From the NCBI GenBank assembly GCA_050043365.1, contig JBHJIP010000110.1, positions 10,012 through 34,011 on the forward strand: DNA of 24,000 nucleotides, given 5' to 3'. A program made the translations under genes and the position numbers. Positions 8,984-16,490 of this stretch are shown here, piece after piece. The notes beneath the pieces are model-generated. The model worked only from the letters and a program-made list of their open reading frames with translations, ran no database searches and was not told the DNA's origin. Source of the DNA: Leptolyngbyaceae cyanobacterium (GTDB taxonomy: Bacteria; Cyanobacteriota; Cyanobacteriia; Phormidesmidales; Phormidesmidaceae). Within the stretch, counting starts at the first letter, position 1. Each line of letters begins with the position of its first letter.

Positions 8984-10042
8984 TTACTGCGAAAAACCTC
9001 GGGGCAGCACTTCTTCCGGGAAGACAAACTTCTTGGCGGGCTGATCCATCTCTGCCATCCAGGCCCGCACCCCTTCATTGAGCAAGACATTCTTGGTGTA
9101 GAACGTCTCGAATTCGGGGTCTTGGGCGGCGCGAAGCTCCTGACTGACAAAGTCATAGGCCCGCAAGTTGAATGACAATCCCACCATGCCAATGGCGCTC
9201 ATCCACAGTCCGGTAACGGGCACAAACAGCATGAAGAAGTGCAGCCAGCGCTTGTTAGAAAAGGCAATGCCGAAAATTTGTGACCAAAAGCGATTGGCAG
9301 TCACCATGGAATAGGTCTCTTCGGCCTGGGCCGTGGAAAAGCCCTTGAAGGTGTTTTTGCCCGTCGAATCTTTGAACAGGGTATTTTGCACGGTCGCCCC
9401 GTGGATGGCACAGAGCAGCGCTGCCCCCAACACGCCCGTCACCCCCATCATGTGAAAGGGATTGAGCGTGTAATTGTGAAACCCCTGGAAAAACAGTAGG
9501 AATCGAAAAATAGCGGTGACACCAAAGCTGGGGGCAAAAAACCAACCAGATTGGCCCAAGGGATACATCAGAAACGTGGCGACATAGACAGCGATGGGGG
9601 CCGAAAAGGCGATCGCGTTATAGGGGCGCAGCCCAACCAGACGAGCCACCTCAATTTGCCGCAGCATAAAGCCGATCAGGGCAAAGACACCGTGAAAGGC
9701 GGTGAAATTCCACAGGCCGCCAATTTGACACCAGCGAATAAAGTCGCCATTGGCTTCAGGCCCCCACAGCAGCAGTAGAGAATGGCCTATGCTCTCGGCT
9801 GGGGTCGAGACAGCAACCGTTAAAAAGTTGCAGCCTTCGATATAAGAGCTGACTAGGCCGTGGGTGTACCAAGATGTGACAAAGGTCGTGCCGGTAAACC
9901 AAGCCCCGATCGCCAAGTAAGCACAGGGAAAGAGCAACAGTCCTGACCAGCCGATAAACACGAAGCGATCGCGCTTGAGCCAGTCATCGAGTTCACCCAC
10001 CCAGCTGCGGGCTGGTTTCAGGGCTCCTACCGAAATCGTCAT
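8984..10042 (-). CDS. psbD3: Photosystem II D2, far-red paralog
   Basis: The 352-aa ORF contains [24 protein letters not shown]...[23 protein letters not shown]...FPEEVLPRG. It aligns with D2 over its full length. Confidence 0.92.
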   Translation of the reverse strand: MTISVGALKPARSWVGELDDWLKRDRFVFIGWSGLLLFPCAYLAIGAWFTGTTFVTSWYTHGLVSSYIEGCNFLTVAVSTPAESIGHSLLLLWGPEANGDFIRWCQIGGLWNFTAFHGVFALIGFMLRQIEVARLVGLRPYNAIAFSAPIAVYVATFLMYPLGQSGWFFAPSFGVTAIFRFLLFFQGFHNYTLNPFHMMGVTGVLGAALLCAIHGATVQNTLFKDSTGKNTFKGFSTAQAEETYSMVTANRFWSQIFGIAFSNKRWLHFFMLFVPVTGLWMSAIGMVGLSFNLRAYDFVSQELRAAQDPEFETFYTKNVLLNEGVRAWMAEMDQPAKKFVFPEEVLPRGFSQ

Positions 10043-10076
10043 CGTTTACATCCTCATCTATCTAAATATGTTGGAT

Positions 10077-10116
10077 AAAAGCAGGTCAGGGGGCGGTGTC
10101 AGCCCTTGCTGCTTTT
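10077..10116 (-). terminator. Possible terminator/attenuator hairpin between apcD3 and psbD3
   Basis: AAAAGCAG...CTGCTTTT flank a GC-rich inner stem (GGGC/GCCC). On the minus strand the stem is followed by UUUUAU. It lies 15 nt after the apcD3 stop and 35 nt before the psbD3 start. Confidence 0.4.
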
Positions 10117-10130
10117 GGGGTAAGGGGTCC

Positions 10131-10664
10131 CTAAGCCACGGAATCGCTTTCGCCGGGGCCATCGTTCATGAAATAGGGCGCGCCGGGTAGCGCCAACACC
10201 TGAATGATTTGGTCAAAATAGGGGATGATCGCCTCGGCATCAGCCGCTTCGAGCTGGGTGATCGCCTCCGCTTTCAGGCAGCGCATGTACTGCAAGATGT
10301 TGGTCAGGGGAATGCCAATGTTGGTGTACAGCTCTTTCATGCCCACAAGGCCAATTTCTCGGAGGGGGCGATCGTCGCCCGCCAGCAGGCAGTAGCTAAT
10401 CAAGCGCACGAACCACCCCATATCCCGCTTAGCCGCTGCGGTCTTACGACGATTACCGCTATTGCTCGGGGTGCGAGGGCAAATTCGCCAAAACTGGCGG
10501 GTGCCTTGCTCCACGATGGTTTCGGCTTTCTGCTCTAAGGTTTGAGCCAATCGCACGCGATCGGTGCCCGTTTTGCAGAACGTGCGAATCATCCGCAGCT
10601 CTCCGGGGGTGGGGTAGCGCTGCTCTTCATCGGCGTTGAGAATCACCTGTTTCACAATGCTCAT
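10131..10664 (-). CDS. apcD3: Far-red allophycocyanin alpha-type subunit (ApcD3 by gene order), lacking the canonical bilin-binding Cys
   Basis: The 177-aa ORF has the AP alpha fold pattern (MSIVKQVILNADEEQRYPTPGEL...). It shares the motif W-R-x-CP-x-TPSNS with the other two alpha paralogs here. The site aligned to Cys81 reads AAAKRDMGW, against SCLRDQGW and SCQRDQGW in the paralogs. It also has a ~18-aa C-terminal extension. Confidence 0.85.
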   Translation of the reverse strand: MSIVKQVILNADEEQRYPTPGELRMIRTFCKTGTDRVRLAQTLEQKAETIVEQGTRQFWRICPRTPSNSGNRRKTAAAKRDMGWFVRLISYCLLAGDDRPLREIGLVGMKELYTNIGIPLTNILQYMRCLKAEAITQLEAADAEAIIPYFDQIIQVLALPGAPYFMNDGPGESDSVA

Positions 10665-10861
10665 GATTTTCCAGTTTCAGATAGGGAGTTGGCTGCAACG
10701 GAGTAAACGCGGAGCCCGCCAAACCAGCCGATATGAAGGCGGTAGTCCAAGAGGTTGCGGCTGCGGCACCAGAGCGACAGCTGAGTTTGCGGGGCTTCGA
10801 CGTCCGGCTCAATGACGGACACAGGCGGGGCAGCATGGGAATGAATATGCATGGTTTTCAC
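10661..10861 (-). pseudogene. 66-codon ORF with D1 (PsbA) N-terminus-like segment; relic or micro-ORF
   Basis: The ORF is GTG-initiated. The segment LSLWCRSRNLLDYRLHIGWFGGL resembles D1 [25 protein letters not shown] (RL[YH][VI]GWFG.L). Its TGA overlaps the apcD3 ATG (ATGA). No TM helix follows the motif. Confidence 0.35.
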
Positions 10862-10939
10862 CAGAGAGAGGAAAAAGTTGACGGGGAGTGCGGCAGAATC
10901 AGCCGCCTCAACCTTGGAATGTCAGCACCCAACGATGGG

Positions 10940-13348
10940 TTAAGAGGGCGTGCTGACTTCTGTTGGCGTCGTGACTGCTGGTGTTACCGCTGCGGCCTCG
11001 CCATTATTGACACTGGGCGGCGGGTCTGGGGCAGCGACGGCAGGCGGGGGCTCTTGAACGGCCACAGTGCTGGTCGCGGCTGGCTCAGTGCTGGCTGCAG
11101 CTGGCTCAGTGCTGGCTGCAGCTGGTTCAGTGCTGGCTGCGGCTGGCTCAGTGCTGAGATTGCGGCCATTATGGTTACTGGCGGCGTGAGCCTGGGCGAT
11201 CGCTTGTTTGGCGTAGGTTTGCAGCCATTCCCCCGCGATCGCGGGCGCTTCCCTCGGTTTGAACCAGCCACCGGGGCCTTGGGGCGATCTCTGGGCGTAG
11301 CCCTGGGGCGTCAGGTAGCGCTCATAGGGGACCCCCATGTCGCCAAAGGCGTCGCGGTATTCGGCACTGTCGATCAACGCATCGACCAAGGCATAAAAGC
11401 CTTGGCGAGCGCAGAGGTCGTAGTACCGGGCCATTTCCCGGCGATCGCGGGTTGGGCGACCCAGCAAGCGCCGGTGAATGTATTCGATCGCTTTGGTGAC
11501 ATACAGCGTTTCCCAAGCGAGCTGGCGGAACGGGCGCGATTTGGCCAACTGCCGCACAAATTCCCGCAGCGTGATATTGCCTGCCTTCAGTTGGGTCTCG
11601 ATCGTCCGCTGCCGCTGACCATCCCACACCGCTCGACCAAAGACCTGGCGATAGGTCGCCTCAATCACTGCTTCGCGGGAGTGGCGGGTCAGACTAAAGC
11701 TGGTCTGGTGGCGATCGTCCCCAGCGCTGCCGTTCAATCCGTTCGGGGAGACAACCGCTTCCCACCGCAGCCGATGATGAGCCATGGAGCCGGGGGCGCG
11801 GCCGAGGTGGGCGGCAGGGCGATCAGCCGGGCCGTTGGTCGCACCGTTGCTGATCAGAATCCGGCGGCTGTCTTCGCTAAAGTGAGCGGGCTGCGCTTGC
11901 GGGTCGCGCGTCTCCTGCGGAAAGATCGCCCCAAACTGAATTTCTAACGGATCATTGCCCGCCCCGTAGGGATGCTGATTGGGCAGCGGTTGCTGATAGC
12001 CACTAAAGGTGGTGACGAACTGCGGCACTTTGCGCACCGGGGCACTGTATTTGAACAGCTCCAACTGGGGACCCCAGTTACGGCATTCCTGCGCTTCTAG
12101 CCCTAAACCCCGGAGGTAGGGTACTGTCTCTTCGCCAAAGTAGTCGGCATATTCTGGCGAGTCGATAAAGTCATCCACCAAGGCGGGAAATCCGTGGTCA
12201 GAGATGACGTCAAAGTACTTTTGAAACTCTTCTAGGCAGCTCAACCCGCGCCCCAAGAAGTGACGGCAGGCCAGTTCAATACTGCGGCTGATGCTGTAGG
12301 GCTCATAGTAAAGTTGCCGATACAGCCGGGATTTGCCCAACTGCCGGATAAACTCTTTCATCGTCCCCAGACCGCCTTTGACCTGGGAGACCGACGCGGT
12401 TAATTGAGGACCGTAAAGATCGGTGACATCCCGCTCAAACACTTGCCGATAGGCGGCGCGCACGACATCATCCTTTTCGATATCGGGCAAATCTGCTTTC
12501 ATCACCCAGCGAGGCCGGGGGCTGGCACTATCGCGATAGCTTTGGGGTAAGGGCAAACCAGCATGGTGTTGGGACACCCCTAACCGCAGTTGCGGGTCGG
12601 GCTTTTCGACCCCATAGTCTTCAATCAACACGTCGAAGTAGCGTCCCACGAGCGCCGCTGCTGCCCCGCCTTTCGGAAAGTAGGTCTGGGCTTTCCACTG
12701 CATTTCTCGCAGCGCGACGAGGGTCGCCACGGTGACATCTTCGGGAATGACCCCCCGTAGCCCCCGCGTATTGACGCTAATAATGCTGGTATCGCCCGCC
12801 ACGATCGCATAGGTGACATAACGTAAAAACCAGCTCAGGTCCCGCAGCGATCGCTTCATGCGCACCGGGCCGTAGCGGGCAATGTCGATTGTTCGAAATC
12901 GACTGGGTACCGAGGGTTTGCCCCCCGAAAATGTCCCTTTAAGCCAATCCACCAGCGGGTTCGAAGCTTCGACAAAGCGCGGGCGATCGCGATTGCTGGC
13001 CTGCTCTTTTTTCTGCCGGGTCACCGCCGAGAGGTAGTCTTCGGCAATGAAGTAATCAGAGCCCGGTAAGCCCAACGGCTCCTCGGGTTTCTCTAGGTAG
13101 GCCATTGGGTTACCGCCCACAAAGATGCGGTTAGCCCCTGCCGCCACAATGCGATCGGCATATTGAGTCAGGGTTTGAGCAATGGCCAGTCGCTGTAGCC
13201 CAGTGCCAAAAAAACCTAACAGTTCTTGGCCTTCACCCCGGCTTAGATAGCGATCGCGCTGCATCGCTTCCGTAATGACGGCGGTCGGCACCGTGTGATA
13301 CTGCTGCGGCTGGACAACTGGACTGCCTCCGTTCATCCGATCAGTCAT
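10940..13348 (-). CDS. apcE2: Far-red phycobilisome core-membrane linker ApcE2 (two REP/linker domains)
   Basis: The 802-aa ORF has an N-terminal phycobiliprotein-like domain with a loop insertion (RSLRDLSWFLRYVTYAIVAGD). It has exactly two PBS-linker REP domains (AAYRQVFERDV... and ATYRQVFGRAV...). There is no Cys anywhere in the first ~250 aa. The C-terminus is a repeat-containing Pro/Ala/Thr tail. Confidence 0.9.
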   Translation of the reverse strand: MTDRMNGGSPVVQPQQYHTVPTAVITEAMQRDRYLSRGEGQELLGFFGTGLQRLAIAQTLTQYADRIVAAGANRIFVGGNPMAYLEKPEEPLGLPGSDYFIAEDYLSAVTRQKKEQASNRDRPRFVEASNPLVDWLKGTFSGGKPSVPSRFRTIDIARYGPVRMKRSLRDLSWFLRYVTYAIVAGDTSIISVNTRGLRGVIPEDVTVATLVALREMQWKAQTYFPKGGAAAALVGRYFDVLIEDYGVEKPDPQLRLGVSQHHAGLPLPQSYRDSASPRPRWVMKADLPDIEKDDVVRAAYRQVFERDVTDLYGPQLTASVSQVKGGLGTMKEFIRQLGKSRLYRQLYYEPYSISRSIELACRHFLGRGLSCLEEFQKYFDVISDHGFPALVDDFIDSPEYADYFGEETVPYLRGLGLEAQECRNWGPQLELFKYSAPVRKVPQFVTTFSGYQQPLPNQHPYGAGNDPLEIQFGAIFPQETRDPQAQPAHFSEDSRRILISNGATNGPADRPAAHLGRAPGSMAHHRLRWEAVVSPNGLNGSAGDDRHQTSFSLTRHSREAVIEATYRQVFGRAVWDGQRQRTIETQLKAGNITLREFVRQLAKSRPFRQLAWETLYVTKAIEYIHRRLLGRPTRDRREMARYYDLCARQGFYALVDALIDSAEYRDAFGDMGVPYERYLTPQGYAQRSPQGPGGWFKPREAPAIAGEWLQTYAKQAIAQAHAASNHNGRNLSTEPAAASTEPAAASTEPAAASTEPAATSTVAVQEPPPAVAAPDPPPSVNNGEAAAVTPAVTTPTEVSTPS
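11075..11158. repeat. 21-bp tandem repeat (about 4 units) inside the apcE2 3' end
   Basis: GCTGGCTCAGTGCTGGCTGCA is repeated head to tail with 1-2 substitutions per unit. On the minus strand it encodes (S)TEPAAA x4. Confidence 0.9.
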
Positions 13349-13505
13349 GGCGGTTGATTAGCTCCAAATCAAAAAAAGTTACTAAAAAAGAAGGAGGGAA
13401 GGGGGGATGGGGAGTAAGGAAACCCAGAATTTAGTACTACCGACAAACGACAAACCTGTTCTCCCACCCTCACACTCATCCACCCATCCACTCCCTCACC
13501 GCCCC

Positions 13506-13985
13506 TCAGGGCCGCAAGCCTTCAATCAAGTAGTCAAAATAAGGCGCGACTTCTGCCGCATCCTCAACGTTCAAAAGACTCAGGGCCACTTCCTTTAGGC
13601 AGGTCATACATTCCGCCACATTGCTGAGGGGAATTTCGAGGGAGGTGTACATTGCCTTGACCCCGCGCACCCCACTGGCCTGGAGCGGATCAATGTCGCC
13701 GACCACCACGGCATAGGAAATCAGGCGTAAAAACCAGCCCTGATCCCGCAGACATGAAGCCTGGAAGGTCGAGTTATCGCTGTTGCTCGGAGTGATCGGG
13801 CAGCGTTGCCAAAATCGCTGACTTCCTTGTTCCACAATGAGTTGAACATTGCTGGTCAAAATGGAGGCAATGCGGAGACGTTGTTGTCCTGCATCAAAAA
13901 AGTGGCTGATCGCCTCTAACTCGCCTCGACTGAGATATCGCGCTTCGCGATCGGCATTGGCGATCGCTTGGGTGATGATGCTCAT
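13506..13985 (-). CDS. apcD2: Far-red allophycocyanin alpha-type subunit (ApcD2 by gene order)
   Basis: The 159-aa ORF starts MSIITQAIANADREARYLSRGELEAI. It carries the FRL-type motif WQRCPITPSNS and retains the Cys in ASCLRDQGWFLRLISYAVVVGD. Confidence 0.85.
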   Translation of the reverse strand: MSIITQAIANADREARYLSRGELEAISHFFDAGQQRLRIASILTSNVQLIVEQGSQRFWQRCPITPSNSDNSTFQASCLRDQGWFLRLISYAVVVGDIDPLQASGVRGVKAMYTSLEIPLSNVAECMTCLKEVALSLLNVEDAAEVAPYFDYLIEGLRP

Positions 13986-14042
13986 AGCAAATCCTGTGAT
14001 TTTTAAAGCTTTATGATGGTTTAGGCCTTTGATAAGAAGTGA

Positions 14043-14171
14043 CTAGAGCGTGTGGACAATGAACGGTGAAATCCTTGTGGGATAAGCATGGTCACGCCCG
14101 CCCCACTGAATCAAGCTAGGGCTGTAACCACCTTTTGGTGAGGTGTCTGACTGTGATTGCACAGCCCCTAG
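14043..14171. repeat. MITE-like element, copy 2, in the apcB2-apcD2 spacer
   Basis: The 129-bp element runs from CTAGAGCGTGTGGACAAT to ATTGCACAGCCCCTAG (terminal inverted repeats). Its interior is homologous to copies 1 and 3. Confidence 0.75.
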
Positions 14172-14410
14172 CGTCCACAAGAGCAAGCTAATACCGGCAA
14201 GTGAGGGAGAGCTCTCAAGCCGGCATCAGCTATCCAAGTCAGGTGGGTAAGGCACATCGCGCTTAGAGGGAGAGCTCTTAAACCGACATAACCTTTTGAG
14301 GCAACCGCAATACCGCCTTGACAGTTGATTAACTGACTCACCGGCATCACGGCTCTAATCGCCCCCCACCAGACTGGTTGCCAAGCTGACTGACCCCGCG
14401 CAGTCAGTCT

Positions 14411-14896
14411 CTAGCTCAACCCTGAACAGATGTGGTCAAAATAAACGCCCATTTCTCGACCGGCCTCAGCGCCTAGCATCTCGGTCGCTACTTCTTTCAT
14501 GGACTGCACCGCTCGCACCGTGGCACCCACCGGCACACCCAAAGAGTTGTAGGTTTCTTTCAGGCCATTGAGCACCCGCTCATCCAAAATGGATGGATCA
14601 CCCGCCAGCATGGCGTAGGTGGCGTAGCGCAAGAAATATTCCATATCGCGAATGCAGGCCGCATAGCGACGGCAGGTATACATGTTGCCGCCGGGAGCCG
14701 TGATATCGGTATAAAGCAGGGCTTTGGCGACCGTTTTAGTGACGATTTTGGAGGCATTAGCGCTGACTGACATGGCTGCCCGCGCCCGCAGATCACCACT
14801 GCGAAAATAGTTTTGCAGGTTATCTAACGAGCTATCGTCTAAATATTTGCCCTGCATGTCAGAAGTATTGATCAGGGTGGTAATAGCGTCTTGCAT
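14411..14896 (-). CDS. apcB2: Far-red allophycocyanin beta subunit
   Basis: The 161-aa ORF contains [20 protein letters not shown]...[56 protein letters not shown], the canonical ApcB pattern. AAGGAG precedes the ATG. Confidence 0.9.
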   Translation of the reverse strand: MQDAITTLINTSDMQGKYLDDSSLDNLQNYFRSGDLRARAAMSVSANASKIVTKTVAKALLYTDITAPGGNMYTCRRYAACIRDMEYFLRYATYAMLAGDPSILDERVLNGLKETYNSLGVPVGATVRAVQSMKEVATEMLGAEAGREMGVYFDHICSGLS

Positions 14897-15118
14897 TAAG
14901 GATCTCCTTGGGATTCAGAAAAAGGTTTTAAGAGAAAAGCAACAGCCAAAAGGGACAAGGCAGACAGTCAGAGACAAAAGGTGCGGAGTAAACGGCAAAA
15001 AGCCATCTTTATAGATCCGCAAACCCGAAACCTTGCACTCGAAATCTCAGTCCCCACCACAACAGCAGGCGTGAGTTCTCGATGGCAGGGTTGAAATTCA
15101 ACGCCAACCGAGGCCCAT

Positions 15119-15595
15119 CTACGACAAAGAGTTGATAATCAAATCGAAATAAGGAGCAACCTCTTGAGCATCTTCATCACTCATGAGGGTCATCGCTTCC
15201 TGTTTTAGACAACGCATACATTCGGCAATGTTGCGAATGGGAATTTCTAAGTTGTTGTACATTTCCTTAATGCCAACGGTGCCGATTTCTTCTAGGGGGC
15301 GCTCACTGCCCGCCAGAATGGAGTAAGCAATCAGGCGCACATACCAGCCTTGATCCCGCTGACAAGAATTGGTCTTGCGATCTACACCACTATTACTGGG
15401 CGTATTGGGACAACGCTCCCAAAATTTTTGACTTCCGTTTTGGACGATACGCTGTTCATTCTCGGCTAAAGTTTTAGCAATTCGAATTCGCTGTTCTCCA
15501 GTTTTGACAAAATCCTGAAAAATTCTCAGTTCCTTAGGTGCAGGATAACGGGCCTCACTATCAGCACTGAGGATCAATTCCGTAACTAAACTCAT
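15119..15595 (-). CDS. apcD5: Far-red allophycocyanin alpha-type subunit (ApcD5/ApcA2 by gene order)
   Basis: The 158-aa ORF starts MSLVTELILSADSEARYPAPKEL and contains WERCPNTPSNS and NSCQRDQGWYVRLIAYSILAGS. It is the first gene of the apc operon and is visibly more AT-rich than its neighbours. Confidence 0.85.
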   Translation of the reverse strand: MSLVTELILSADSEARYPAPKELRIFQDFVKTGEQRIRIAKTLAENEQRIVQNGSQKFWERCPNTPSNSGVDRKTNSCQRDQGWYVRLIAYSILAGSERPLEEIGTVGIKEMYNNLEIPIRNIAECMRCLKQEAMTLMSDEDAQEVAPYFDLIINSLS

Positions 15596-16490
15596 GACTC
15601 AATGATCTCCGAATTAATGCAAATCACAGAAGAGATTTTGTTTTCTGGATTCAATTAGGAGAGTAGGTAAAAAAAATGAAGAACTTATGAAAGGCCAAAA
15701 ACCGCTTAAAGAAACTTTGTAACGCACTTTAACAAAGATAGCCTTCATCAGTTCTTTAGATTTAGCTGCTTTAATGCGATTTGCATGCTGGCCTAGGCTG
15801 GCGAGATTTAAGGCTTCTCCTAAAGATGTGCCGCAAGGCCAATGAGTAGACAATTTACTCAAGCCGGAGATGTATTTGCTGGTTTATTTGCATGCCGCAA
15901 GATAATGGTGTGTTCAACTTATTTCATGATTTAAGTGCAGGCATTTCTGCCAGTTATCTAGATATAAATCATCAGTAGTTAAGCACCAATAACGGTAAGT
16001 GCGGAATGTTTTAGAGGCGTTGGTTCAGCCTGTCTTTAAAGTCATTATCTTGCATTGATATGGACTGTACTAGGCTGCTCTATTCGACTCAAATTACCCA
16101 TGGTTAAGATGATTTACTTGGCCGCTCTTCGATGCTAAATCAGTAGTAATCATGTAGAAAAACCCAGGAAGCCTTATATAAGGATGCCCTTTCTTTCAGT
16201 TTTCAGAGTGCAAAAAAATGAAGGGACAGAAGAATAAACTGAGTTTGATCCTCGTCTTCATGATCATCTTTGTCAGCCTGTGGACATTTTTGATCAACGA
16301 TTCACAGACAAAGAATGCAATACTAAAGTATCAGGAGCTAAAAGAGCAGAGCAGCTTTGTTCAGATCTGATAATCGATCTGAACCCAAGCCCAGTCTTCT
16401 GGAAGTCAGATTATTCCAAAATTCAAGAAAGATTAATTTCCCTCTGTTTTGGAGTAGAGAGTCGTTTGGAAAGTGAGTTCATAAAAAGCT

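Noticed and set aside
10733-11947. 404-aa plus-strand ORF, and many other 60-140-aa ORFs antisense to apcE2, psbB2, psbC2, psbD3, psaA2 and psaB2
   Set aside because: They lie entirely antisense to, or out of frame with, strongly supported photosynthesis genes in GC-rich DNA. They have low-complexity Arg/Gly/Ala-rich translations and no recognisable motifs. They are typical shadow ORFs.
15614-15862. 82-aa minus-strand ORF directly upstream of apcD5
   Set aside because: It has no family resemblance and lies in AT-rich promoter-like DNA, so it probably covers the apc operon promoter or leader. It is not called as a CDS.
16279-16305. Possible fourth, fragmentary MITE copy (CTGTGGACATTTTTGATCAACGA, compared with GTGTGGACAATCAACGG)
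   Set aside because: Only two short words match, separated by an insertion, and none of the rest of the element is present. It is indistinguishable from chance.
16218-16370. 50-codon plus-strand ORF (MKGQKNKLSLILVFMIIFVSLWTFLINDSQ...) with one TM-like helix upstream of the psbO paralog
   Set aside because: It has no Shine-Dalgarno sequence. AT-rich DNA readily yields Ile/Leu/Phe-rich pseudo-helices, and I can see no homolog. The evidence is too weak to call, unlike the 5144-5290 ORF, which has a strong SD and operon context.
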